Below are positions 1 through 7,668 of a stretch of 21,239 nt of DNA, piece by piece (position 1 is the stretch's first letter; the number at the start of each line of letters is the position of its first letter). The notes under the pieces are model-generated. The model had not been told where the DNA came from and did not search any database. It was given only the letters and a program-made list of their open reading frames with translations. Origin of the DNA: a candidate division WOR-3 bacterium (GTDB lineage: Bacteria > Hydrothermota > Tepidihabitantia > B3-TA06). A program made the position numbers and the translations under genes. Where the stretch lies: positions 1-21,239 of the forward strand of contig CBFGKC010000026.1 of the NCBI GenBank assembly GCA_965649265.1, in the 5' to 3' direction.

Positions 1-555
1 AGTCATGCTCACTTTGCCGCCCACGTCATGGTAAAGACTGTAGAAATCCTTGAATTCGTTGTCCAGTGCCGGCTGGCGATCGGTGTAGGAACCGACAAGA
101 ACGCCTGCGTCGAAAAGTATATGACCCTCCCCCTCGGGGGTTTCAAGCAGGATATGGCTTATAAGATCCGGATTCAGGCAGTTTTCCATGAGCTTGACTA
201 TCATGATTATCTCCGAGCTCATCTGGGATATCTGCGGTTTAATTAAAGAGGCGGCAAGAAGCGGCCTTGTAACCTCGGGTTTGAACCGGTAAAGAGACAA
301 TTTCAAGCTGCCTAAATCGGCATCAATCAAAAGAGCCTCTATCGCTTCCTTGCCGAACATCCTTCCCCCCTTGTGAGTGTTAATTGCGTACCGGGCCTTT
401 CCTGCGGTAACAAGCACTTCGATACGCTGGGTGTCACTCTCGGCGACAAGAACGCCGTCGAATTTTTCTTCTTCCATCCATATCGAAAGCATATCGATTT
501 TCAAAAGTTGTGAAGGCACCTGTTCGTGAACGGCTTCGCCAATCGGATAACGCAT
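1..555 (-). CDS. Partial CDS (runs off left edge), DUF4388/DUF2226 (PATAN-like) tandem-domain signalling protein
   Basis: Missing from ORF track. Manual translation from ATG 553-555 (AGGAG RBS upstream) is open to base 1: MRYPIGEAVHEQVPSQLLKIDMLSIWMEEEKFDGVLVAES...GKEAIEALL...LSLYRF...EGEGHILFDAGVLVGSY. Two similar halves resemble the PATAN/DUF4388 pattern; family call tentative. Confidence 0.6.
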   Translation of the reverse strand, partial: MRYPIGEAVHEQVPSQLLKIDMLSIWMEEEKFDGVLVAESDTQRIEVLVTAGKARYAINTHKGGRMFGKEAIEALLIDADLGSLKLSLYRFKPEVTRPLLAASLIKPQISQMSSEIIMIVKLMENCLNPDLISHILLETPEGEGHILFDAGVLVGSYTDRQPALDNEFKDFYSLYHDVGGKVSMT

Positions 556-625
556 TTAAACTCCTCTTTACATACAATACGGAGAAAATCCTCCGAGACA
601 CAACCTGCTAGTATTTTATTTAGGT

Positions 626-653
626 ATTATAGCAGGAGAGATGTAATTGTCAA
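626..653 (-). promoter_or_regulatory. sigma70-like promoter TTGACA-N16-TATAAT
   Basis: Perfect hexamers on minus strand upstream of the 1..555 gene. Confidence 0.75.
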
Positions 654-822
654 GAAAGGAGTTCCGCATTTTGTCAAATTCATGAAAGGAACCTTGCAAG
701 CGCTTCTGAAACTTGCTTATTTCAAAAACATACGGAGAAACGCGGTATCCGGTATTCTGCAAAAGGCATGATTCTTTGCCAAATCCTCCCCTTTTTTCCT
801 TCCCATGGAAATAAGGGAAGTC

Positions 823-1923
823 TCAAATAGAACCAAGGATGTCTGGAGGAGGTGACTGCGTGAATAAATTCCTGGGCAGGGCGATTCCGAAGTCGTCTAA
901 AATCCCTGCGAATTTTGTCTTGATCGCGGACGACATCCCGGAGGGCGCTATTTTCTCGAGGGTGTTCCACATGTGGGCTATGGCGTTTTCCGAATCTATT
1001 TTCAAATCGATTATCGAGCCGTTTGCAATCTGAAAAACGGTCGTGAACTCCTCAGGTTTTTCCAGTTTCTCAAGAAGTGTGACGTGAAGAGGAGGAGCTT
1101 CCTCCTCAAGGTAATCCAGAAGTCGGTTGAGCGCCATTATTACAATATCCTTAAGTGGTTTTTGCTTGTGTATGATCTCCATGCCTACCTCCAGCTGCGA
1201 GATTCTTGCAAGGAAATCCTCCACGTATCGACCTGCGATGATGTCTCCGTGCTGGGGAGCAATAACTTCCGGGATCGGGTCTAGGTTCGTTATTCTGTCC
1301 ACCGTGTCCCTCAGCGCCTGCCGGAGCGGCATGTAAATCTGGTGGAAGAACTCGATTCCTGAGAAAGAAGATTCATCGGCATGTATTCCCGGACCCTTTC
1401 TCGACGTGACGCCTGCAAGGAAATCGCCGGAGAAGAGCGTTCTGCTCTCATAGTCATAAAACATCATTGCGCCGCGGAAATGGCAGAAGTAGGCCGGGAC
1501 GAACTGCACCCTGTGGCCCGTTTTCTTTATCTCGAGCGTCTGGGAGTGCTGGGATTCTATCGCAAAGAGATTGCGTTCGGGGATGCCGAGCATTTTTATG
1601 AGCCTCAAGGTATCAATCGACGAGACCACCACCGCGTGGGGCGCATTGGCGAGTATCACGTGAATGTTGGAGGCCACATCCGGGTCCTGGTGGCTTAAGA
1701 AAACGATATCGACGTTCTGCAGGCCGCCCGCGAGCTTCTCGAGGGCGGATGCGAGAAGAGACGTGTCGAGCTTGGTGCCCGGATCGAAAAGCATGTTAAC
1801 ACGGTTGTTTCCGGAGATGAATCTCTTTAGATAAATATTGCGGTGCAGGTCGGGTTCAGGGGTGCGAATGAGATAGAATTCGTTAGCTATCTCGAAAAAA
1901 TCATGTTTCTCCTCAGATGGCAT
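823..1923 (-). CDS. MBL-fold di-iron protein, ODP (oxygen-binding di-iron protein)/FprA-like, with extra ~115-aa C-terminal domain
   Basis: Motifs DPG, SHQDPD, CHFRG, FSGD, FHQIYMP, APQHG. ATG 1921-1923 follows AGGAG (preferred over GTG at 1929). No flavodoxin domain. Confidence 0.8.
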   Translation of the reverse strand: MPSEEKHDFFEIANEFYLIRTPEPDLHRNIYLKRFISGNNRVNMLFDPGTKLDTSLLASALEKLAGGLQNVDIVFLSHQDPDVASNIHVILANAPHAVVVSSIDTLRLIKMLGIPERNLFAIESQHSQTLEIKKTGHRVQFVPAYFCHFRGAMMFYDYESRTLFSGDFLAGVTSRKGPGIHADESSFSGIEFFHQIYMPLRQALRDTVDRITNLDPIPEVIAPQHGDIIAGRYVEDFLARISQLEVGMEIIHKQKPLKDIVIMALNRLLDYLEEEAPPLHVTLLEKLEKPEEFTTVFQIANGSIIDLKIDSENAIAHMWNTLEKIAPSGMSSAIKTKFAGILDDFGIALPRNLFTQSPPPDILGSI

Positions 1924-1973
1924 CTTCACTCCTGTAGTTTGATTCGCTGGGAACTACCTATATAGAAATAACC

Positions 1974-2438
1974 CTAGTTCTCGGTAAGGATGTGCTCGTC
2001 GTACTGGAGCTCAAAATAGAGCTTGTGCTTGGCTTCTTCCTGGGCAAGACCGAGGAGAAGCTCTTCGAGTTCCTTGTTGTCCGTGATTGCGGCGAGATCG
2101 GTATAGAGCTTGAAGGAAGCCTTCTCTCTTTGCATGGCGACTATGAGGGCTTTCTGGTAATCGAATATTGCGTTCTCGTCGACATCCGCTTTTGCCAGGT
2201 AGTCTGCAATCTTCAAACTCTGTACTTTTGCGCCGGCAGAAATCATTATCTTGCCTTGCTTGACCGCCTCAAGTTTCGCCTTGTGTTTTTGCTCCTCCTT
2301 GGCAAAGCTCGCGAACAGTTCCTTCATTGAAGTGTTGTCCATGCGGCCTGCAAGATCGGTGTAAAAGATACTCGCTTCCTCTTCCTTGCTTATTGCAAAA
2401 TCAAGTAGTTCGTTTACCGAACCGAAAGTATCATTCAC
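1974..2438 (-). CDS. Rubrerythrin-like ferritin-family protein (no rubredoxin domain)
   Basis: Duplicated E..FY..LA...EExxH helices (KEEQKH, QEEAKH); GTG start after GGAGG. Confidence 0.9.
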   Translation of the reverse strand: MNDTFGSVNELLDFAISKEEEASIFYTDLAGRMDNTSMKELFASFAKEEQKHKAKLEAVKQGKIMISAGAKVQSLKIADYLAKADVDENAIFDYQKALIVAMQREKASFKLYTDLAAITDNKELEELLLGLAQEEAKHKLYFELQYDEHILTEN

Positions 2439-2498
2439 GTATCCTCCTTTGGCTTCTATACTTTTTCTAAAATCCAGGCTCCTATGCTCGGATTGTAA

Positions 2499-2526
2499 AT
2501 TATAGAGTATTAAGCGCTGCGGTCAA
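2499..2526 (-). promoter_or_regulatory. sigma70-like promoter TTGACC-N16-TATAAT
   Basis: Upstream of ferritin-like gene (likely ferritin-ODP operon). Confidence 0.7.
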
Positions 2527-2569
2527 GCTGTTCAATTGTAATAAACCCGAACCCTCTTGGGCCGCAGTA

Positions 2570-2734
2570 TTACCAGATGCAATCGAGCAAGGCCCTTTTC
2601 CAGTCGTTTCCTGTCTCTTTCGTGACGTCCGCCGCAGAGTTAGGATCGCCAGGTTTTGTGTATTTACGCATTCTATCTTCCAGAGCTAAATCGTCGAGAA
2701 TGTCCTCGCAGTTTTTCCTGTCGAACTTTTCCAT
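2570..2734 (-). CDS. Small hypothetical protein, 54 aa (MEKFDRKNCEDILDDLALEDRMRKYTKPGDPNSAADVTKETGNDWKRALLDCIW)
   Basis: Below ORF-track cutoff. AGGAG RBS overlaps the tpx stop codon (TAGGAGtttgaaATG); fills the gap between tpx and the next promoter. Confidence 0.7.
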   Translation of the reverse strand: MEKFDRKNCEDILDDLALEDRMRKYTKPGDPNSAADVTKETGNDWKRALLDCIW

Positions 2735-2743
2735 TTCAAACTC

Positions 2744-3265
2744 CTATTGGTTTGCGAGTTCTTTAACAGCCTTGAGTGCGGCTTCATAATCCGGATGTTC
2801 GCCCACCTCCTTTACGATCTCGGAGTAGCGAATTACGCCCTCTTTATCGACCACGAAGATGGACCTTGCCAAAAGTCTTGTCTCATGCATCAGGACCCCG
2901 TAGGAAGTCCCGAACGAGGCGTATTTGTGATCGGAGAAAACCTTTACCTTATCTATCCCCTGTGCGCCGCACCATCGTTTTTGCGCGAAGGGGAGGTCCA
3001 TACTTACGGTCAATATGACTACATCCGTACCTAATCCGGCGGCTTCTTCGTTGAAGCGATGGGTCTGAAGGTCGCAGATGGATGTATCCAGTGAGGTGAC
3101 CACTGAGATCAGTCTTATCTTGCCCACGAACTCCGACGAATGAACCTCGGCAAAATCGTTTCCGATTACGGTAAAATCGGGTGCATTGTCTCCATTTTTT
3201 ACCTCGCTGCCGACAAGTGTGACCGGATTGCCTCCCATTGTCACTAGTCCTTTTCTTTCGTTCAT
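2744..3265 (-). CDS. tpx: Thiol peroxidase (atypical 2-Cys peroxiredoxin)
   Basis: APDF, SLDTSICDLQT..FN, SMDLPFAQKRWC, LARSIFVVD, HPDYEAAL motifs. Confidence 0.95.
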   Translation of the reverse strand: MNERKGLVTMGGNPVTLVGSEVKNGDNAPDFTVIGNDFAEVHSSEFVGKIRLISVVTSLDTSICDLQTHRFNEEAAGLGTDVVILTVSMDLPFAQKRWCGAQGIDKVKVFSDHKYASFGTSYGVLMHETRLLARSIFVVDKEGVIRYSEIVKEVGEHPDYEAALKAVKELANQ

Positions 3266-3298
3266 TGTAAATCTCCTGTTATTTCGGTTGACGCATAA

Positions 3299-3326
3299 AT
3301 TATAGTAATTTTGTAGGGTTCGTCAA
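3299..3326 (-). promoter_or_regulatory. sigma70-like promoter TTGACG-N16-TATAAT (tpx)
   Basis: Hexamers read directly; AT-rich inverted repeat AAATTA-N3-TAATTT (3297-3311) overlaps the -10. Confidence 0.7.
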
Positions 3327-3346
3327 GTCGTAGAACTTATAAACAC

Positions 3347-3374
3347 TTGACGCAAAACAATCTTTTTTTATAAT
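3347..3374 (+). promoter_or_regulatory. sigma70-like promoter TTGACG-N16-TATAAT
   Basis: Divergent from tpx promoter, upstream of radical SAM gene. Confidence 0.7.
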
Positions 3375-3431
3375 TTCTTGTTAGTTCTTTTAAATTTGGA
3401 TCAAAGAAACTTTTCTTGTAAGGATGTAGTA

Positions 3432-4697
3432 ATGTATTCTCCAACGTTTAGCTCAAAGCCTAAGGTGCTTATCACTACAACTTATGTAAAAAACAAGCGC
3501 GATTTCTTTGACACGTTTGCAGTAAATACCCCTTACCGGCCAAGGCTCAGCTATCCCAGCCGTTCGTATTCTTCCGCGTTAAGGTTTCTCAAGATCAATG
3601 TTCCGGACGTTGAAATTCTTGAATACCCCTACTGGCAATCATATATCAAGAAACTGCGTGAGGGCTGGGATGTAGTGGGTTTCAGTTTCTTTCACTTTGA
3701 ACTCGACCGCATACTTGCGATGGCTGAAGAAGCAAGGCGTCATGGTATACGCGAGCTCTGGGCCGGCGGCTACGGTGCGCTTTCGCCCCAGTCTGAATTC
3801 GCGGACAAGTGCTGGACCGGTTACTGCGAGGAGAGGCTTTCAAGTGAGGTGTTCGGAACAAACGTCGAAAGGCTCAGGCATCCGTCTCTGGCAGGCTCGT
3901 TAAGGCTTGATCTGCCTCCGTTCTTCAGGATAGCAAAACTGGCAGGCCTTTACACGTCCCGTGGATGTCCTTATCGCTGTACCTTTTGCCAGGCACCCCT
4001 TTATGCACCAAGACCTTCCCGAATCCCTCTCGAAAGCATTGAAGAAGTCCTCAACCAATACGCGAGCCTTGGTGTCAAGCTGATAGGAATTCACGACGAG
4101 ACGTTCGGAATCTTTCAACCGCACTCCGAAAGGGTCGTGGAGATGATGCGTTCCCGGGGTATGCGGTGGTCTGTGGCATCCCGGGTCGACATGGCGCTCA
4201 AGAATCTGGACTACTGGGCTGATGCCGGTCTTACAACGCTGGGGTTCGGTGTCGAGACACTGCGGGGAAGCTCTCTTGCAAAAATCAAAAAGGGGCTGGA
4301 TACGGACTTGCTCCCCGAACTCGCGCGGCGAGCGAGGGGGAGGGGGGTACTCACGACCGCATACTACATGATAGGCTGCGAGGACGACACCGTTGATTCG
4401 ATCGCCGAGGACCTTCTCGAACTTCGCAACATGGGATTCGACTCGCATCAACTTACCATCAACACACCCTTTCCTGGAACCCTTCAATGGGACTACATAG
4501 GTTCGACCTTCGGTCTTATCGATTCGAACCCTGCCCATTACGACACTCGTCACCTGGTCTGGAAACACCCCCACATCGGTCCGTTAGAGATGCATTACCT
4601 CCTTACCGAAGGCTGCGCATTCCTCAATCGTCCGCTATCCAGCTACATTCCCGGCATCTTGCGGATGATGAAAAGTTACCCCAGATCCCCTGATTGA
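3432..4697 (+). CDS. Radical SAM protein with B12-binding-like N-terminal domain
   Basis: TSRGCPYRCTFC (CxxxCxxC), DETF, GVET, TPFPGT, and N-terminal DVVGFS...WAGG. ATG 3432 after AAGGA chosen over TTG 3378. Confidence 0.88.
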   Translation: MYSPTFSSKPKVLITTTYVKNKRDFFDTFAVNTPYRPRLSYPSRSYSSALRFLKINVPDVEILEYPYWQSYIKKLREGWDVVGFSFFHFELDRILAMAEEARRHGIRELWAGGYGALSPQSEFADKCWTGYCEERLSSEVFGTNVERLRHPSLAGSLRLDLPPFFRIAKLAGLYTSRGCPYRCTFCQAPLYAPRPSRIPLESIEEVLNQYASLGVKLIGIHDETFGIFQPHSERVVEMMRSRGMRWSVASRVDMALKNLDYWADAGLTTLGFGVETLRGSSLAKIKKGLDTDLLPELARRARGRGVLTTAYYMIGCEDDTVDSIAEDLLELRNMGFDSHQLTINTPFPGTLQWDYIGSTFGLIDSNPAHYDTRHLVWKHPHIGPLEMHYLLTEGCAFLNRPLSSYIPGILRMMKSYPRSPD

Positions 4698-4721
4698 CAA
4701 AAACCAACCAGGGCGTAAATT
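4694..4721 (+). promoter_or_regulatory. sigma70-like promoter TTGACA-N16-TAAATT (HNH)
   Basis: Overlaps radical SAM stop; weaker -10. Confidence 0.5.
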
Positions 4722-4743
4722 ATCTAATCAAGGAGGAGGAAGA

Positions 4744-5283
4744 ATGCCGCCTAAAGCAGTCAAGACCGTCAGGGACCTGATTTTCTGGCGTTACGCCAGG
4801 TTGATTGCCCGTTCAGCAGGCATGGACGAGCAATTCGGCTTCATCATGAAAACGTTCAAGGATCTGCAAACCGGAAAGAAACACTGGTCGTCCGTGCTTC
4901 GCGAGGACAGCTTGATGATTCACGAGAACGGGCATTGCGTCTACTGCGGAGCAACCGAAGGGCTTACATGGGACCACATCATTCCACGTAAAATAAAAGC
5001 CCCGCACGGATGCAACGTTCACGAAATCCACAACGTCGTCGAATGCTGCAAAAGCTGCAACAGTTCAAAGGGAGGCCGCGACGTATTCTCGTGGTTTGGA
5101 AAGGAAAGAAGAAACGAGGTTCCCAGGCTCGTGGAGGGGAAACTTCTTAAACTTTTGTACGAATGCCACTCTTGCCGGGGGACGCTTGAGAGCGCCGACC
5201 TCGACTCGAGCGGCGAGCTTGACATACTCGATCTGGGTTGGATATTCCACGAACCGTGCCCGTCTCGAAAGGTCTGCGAGTGA
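4744..5283 (+). CDS. HNH endonuclease (Zn-binding, McrA-like core)
   Basis: CVYCG...TWDHIIP...N...CKSCNSSKG; strong GGAGG RBS. Confidence 0.9.
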   Translation: MPPKAVKTVRDLIFWRYARLIARSAGMDEQFGFIMKTFKDLQTGKKHWSSVLREDSLMIHENGHCVYCGATEGLTWDHIIPRKIKAPHGCNVHEIHNVVECCKSCNSSKGGRDVFSWFGKERRNEVPRLVEGKLLKLLYECHSCRGTLESADLDSSGELDILDLGWIFHEPCPSRKVCE

Positions 5284-5414
5284 CCACAGATCAGACTTCT
5301 TAAATGTAGAGAGGAGAGGGGTAAAAGATTCCAGCTTCTTAATTGACCGGCATCATCATCCCCTGTTCTTAATATTGAATTATTTAAAACAAGGCATAAA
5401 AACTCTTTTATCTA

Positions 5415-5442
5415 TTGACATCTTTAAAAAGTACTATATAAT
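5415..5442 (+). promoter_or_regulatory. sigma70-like promoter TTGACA-N16-TATAAT (deaminase 1)
   Basis: Perfect hexamers with AT-rich upstream tract. Confidence 0.75.
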
Positions 5443-5512
5443 TCAACCCTTGCGTAAAAAAGCTTTTTTGGGAAGTTTTTTCGCAAGAACAAAATCCCAA
5501 CGAGGAGGAAAG

Positions 5513-6364
5513 ATGCCCAAAACAAAAGAAATCAAATCACTCATTCCGGCTTTCATCGCGTCAATCATTCTTGCGGCCGTCTTTTTTATTCCTGGTTCCG
5601 CAGAGGCTGCTAAAGGCGACGTTCCCAACTGGGATTCTCTCCGGGCGGTATTTACCGCGAGGGCTACCGGATGGAACATGACGCCGGCAATAGAGAAGGA
5701 TCTGATATACTCTCTTCTGGCCTATTCAGTGGTTTTCAAAAACTGGCAGGTCAGCAAGGATACCGGTCGCGGATACAACATCGGCTCTGTGCTTGTCAAT
5801 CCGAGCGGAACCGTCATTTACTGGGCAACCAATTGCGTGAACGTGACAGGCAATATGACCCAGCACGGCGAGGTCCGGTTGATGAATTGTTATCTGGCCT
5901 CGACAAAGAAGAAGGACTTGAAGAACCATATCATCTACACGACACTCGAACCCTGTGCTCAGTGCGCGGGGATGATGAAGCTGACCAGCATCTACCGTAC
6001 CATCTACGGGCAGACCGACCCCGGTTACGGAAAGGCTCACGAAAGGCTCGATTTGAACTCGTACGTATGGAACCCTGACAGCGGCTACACTCCTTATCCC
6101 CGTCACGTCATCTCCGATACCCTTGCCGCTTTCGAACGCTGGTATTTAGACGAAATCTACCAGATATATCTTGACACTTGCAAGGATTCGAGCATAACCA
6201 AATTCCTGACAAGCAAGGGTGCGTATGATGCCTATGCTTATTATCTGAAAGAATTCCTGAATTATCAGGTCAAGTATCAGGAAAACTACATGACCTGGAA
6301 GCAGGCAAGAATTTACTATGATTCTGTGCCGGATCATTACGTCCAGTTGTGCCCGCCTGAATAA
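5513..6364 (+). CDS. Zn-dependent nucleoside deaminase (TadA/GuaD-like) with N-terminal signal peptide, paralog 1
   Basis: QHGE, YTTLEPCAQC, YGQTDPG. ATG 5513 follows GAGGAGG. N-terminus MPKTKEIKSLIPAFIASIILAAVFFIPGSAEA has basic, hydrophobic and AxA regions. Confidence 0.88.
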   Translation: MPKTKEIKSLIPAFIASIILAAVFFIPGSAEAAKGDVPNWDSLRAVFTARATGWNMTPAIEKDLIYSLLAYSVVFKNWQVSKDTGRGYNIGSVLVNPSGTVIYWATNCVNVTGNMTQHGEVRLMNCYLASTKKKDLKNHIIYTTLEPCAQCAGMMKLTSIYRTIYGQTDPGYGKAHERLDLNSYVWNPDSGYTPYPRHVISDTLAAFERWYLDEIYQIYLDTCKDSSITKFLTSKGAYDAYAYYLKEFLNYQVKYQENYMTWKQARIYYDSVPDHYVQLCPPE

Positions 6365-6469
6365 ATCGGCTTAGGTTTCAAGGACTCTTTTTTAGAGGAT
6401 TCCTGAGGAGTGCGTAACAATCATTTTGCGAAGTTTCCAGCAGAATGAGTCTAGCATTAAGGAGGACGA

Positions 6470-7315
6470 ATGTCCAATAACAGTAAGAGAAACATTTGGG
6501 GACCAGGTTGTATCGTTTCAATCATTATCGGTGCCATATATATTATGCCGGTTGTCGGCCGGAGTGCCGACGTTGGTACTCCAAACCTGGACTCTCTATA
6601 TGCTGCTTATTCCGCTAAAAAGATTCAGGTCAGCCCCGCTCAGGAGAGGGACAGAATCTTTTCTCTCCTTGCTTATGCCGTTGTGCTTAAAAACTGGCAA
6701 GTCAGTTCTGACACCGGACGTGGTTACAACATAGGTTCAGTCCTGGTGGATTCCAACAATAAAGTCATTTACTGGGCTCGAAACTGCGTAAACGTAACCA
6801 GGAATTCCACACAACACGGCGAAGTTCGCCTCATGAATTGTTACATGGCTACTGCGAGGACAAGGAATTTAAAAGGGCATACGATTTATACAACGCTTGA
6901 GCCCTGCGCGCAGTGTGCCGGGATGATGAAGCTCGCAAGCGTTCGACGTACCGTTTACGGGCAGATTGACCCTGGATTCGGAAAAGCTCACGAAAGACTC
7001 GATTTGAATTCATACGCATGGAAGCCTGACAGCGGTTATACACCTTATCCCCGCCACGTCATTTCGGACACCCTTGCCGCTGCTGAATGCTGGTACATGG
7101 ACTATCTCTACAAGGCATATCTTGACACTTGCAAGGATTCAAGCATAACCAGGTTTCTTTCAAGCGCCGGTGCCTACGATGCCTACACCAAGTTCCTTGA
7201 TTTCTTTTTAAAATACCCGGTACAATACCAGGAGAATTACGCTATCTGGAAGCAAGCGAGAATCTATTATGATTCGGTTCCGGATCATTACGTTCAAATG
7301 TGTCCGCCTGAATGA
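6470..7315 (+). CDS. Zn-dependent nucleoside deaminase (TadA/GuaD-like) with signal peptide/membrane anchor, paralog 2
   Basis: Same QHGE/PCAQC motifs, colinear with paralog 1; hydrophobic N-terminus CIVSIIIGAIYIMPVV; AAGGAGG RBS. Confidence 0.88.
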   Translation: MSNNSKRNIWGPGCIVSIIIGAIYIMPVVGRSADVGTPNLDSLYAAYSAKKIQVSPAQERDRIFSLLAYAVVLKNWQVSSDTGRGYNIGSVLVDSNNKVIYWARNCVNVTRNSTQHGEVRLMNCYMATARTRNLKGHTIYTTLEPCAQCAGMMKLASVRRTVYGQIDPGFGKAHERLDLNSYAWKPDSGYTPYPRHVISDTLAAAECWYMDYLYKAYLDTCKDSSITRFLSSAGAYDAYTKFLDFFLKYPVQYQENYAIWKQARIYYDSVPDHYVQMCPPE

Positions 7316-7368
7316 AGGCGGACGAAAGCTTCTCTAGAACGTCAACAATCATTTATCGGCACTCCATG

Positions 7369-7395
7369 AAAAAAGGGGCGCGAAGCGCCCCTTTC
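7369..7395 (-). terminator. Intrinsic terminator between convergent genes (possibly bidirectional)
   Basis: GGGGCGC-gaa-GCGCCCC stem flanked by A6 and T3; U6 tail on minus strand. Confidence 0.85.
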
Positions 7396-7415
7396 AATCT
7401 TAATTCATCAATCAA

Positions 7416-7625
7416 TTAATGACCGCAGCTGCAGCCCTTGTGGTGATGTTCTTCTTCTTCGTCATCATCCTTTTCGTGGCAGGGACAGTCGCATTCCTTG
7501 CCGGGTTCGTGGTACTGGAAGCAGCCGCAGTCGTCGTCTTCGTGGCACTCGCACTCGCAGGCCTCGTCTTCCTTGTGATGTTCGTAGCATTCGCAGTCTT
7601 CGTTGTGATGCTTGTGTTTTGACAT
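7416..7625 (-). CDS. Cys/His/acidic-rich metallothionein-like small protein
   Basis: 69 aa with 12 Cys, 12 His, 24 Asp/Glu; GGAGG RBS; followed by terminator; downstream of rubrerythrin. Confidence 0.8.
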   Translation of the reverse strand: MSKHKHHNEDCECYEHHKEDEACECECHEDDDCGCFQYHEPGKECDCPCHEKDDDEEEEHHHKGCSCGH

Positions 7626-7668
7626 AAAGTCCTCCTAAATTCGGTTTATGATTTTCGATTTTCTGGGT

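Noticed and set aside
758-782. Possible sigma54 site GGCATGATTCTTTGC
   Set aside because: GG-to-GC spacing is 11 rather than 10 on both strands.
823-860. ODP C-terminus DILGSI as an encapsulin cargo-loading peptide
   Set aside because: Weak match to L(G/T)(I/V)GSL and no encapsulin gene in the window.
5281-5345. Selenocysteine readthrough of the HNH TGA
   Set aside because: No recognisable SECIS hairpin, and the TGA is not at a catalytic Cys position.
5096-5512. 139-aa N-terminal extension of deaminase 1 in the ORF track
   Set aside because: It overlaps the HNH gene and a perfect promoter. The RBS and alignment with the paralog support ATG 5513.
5513-7315. Deaminase duplication as an assembly artefact or DGR template/variable repeat
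   Set aside because: The copies differ at many synonymous sites of all base types, have different N-termini, and there is no reverse transcriptase in the window.
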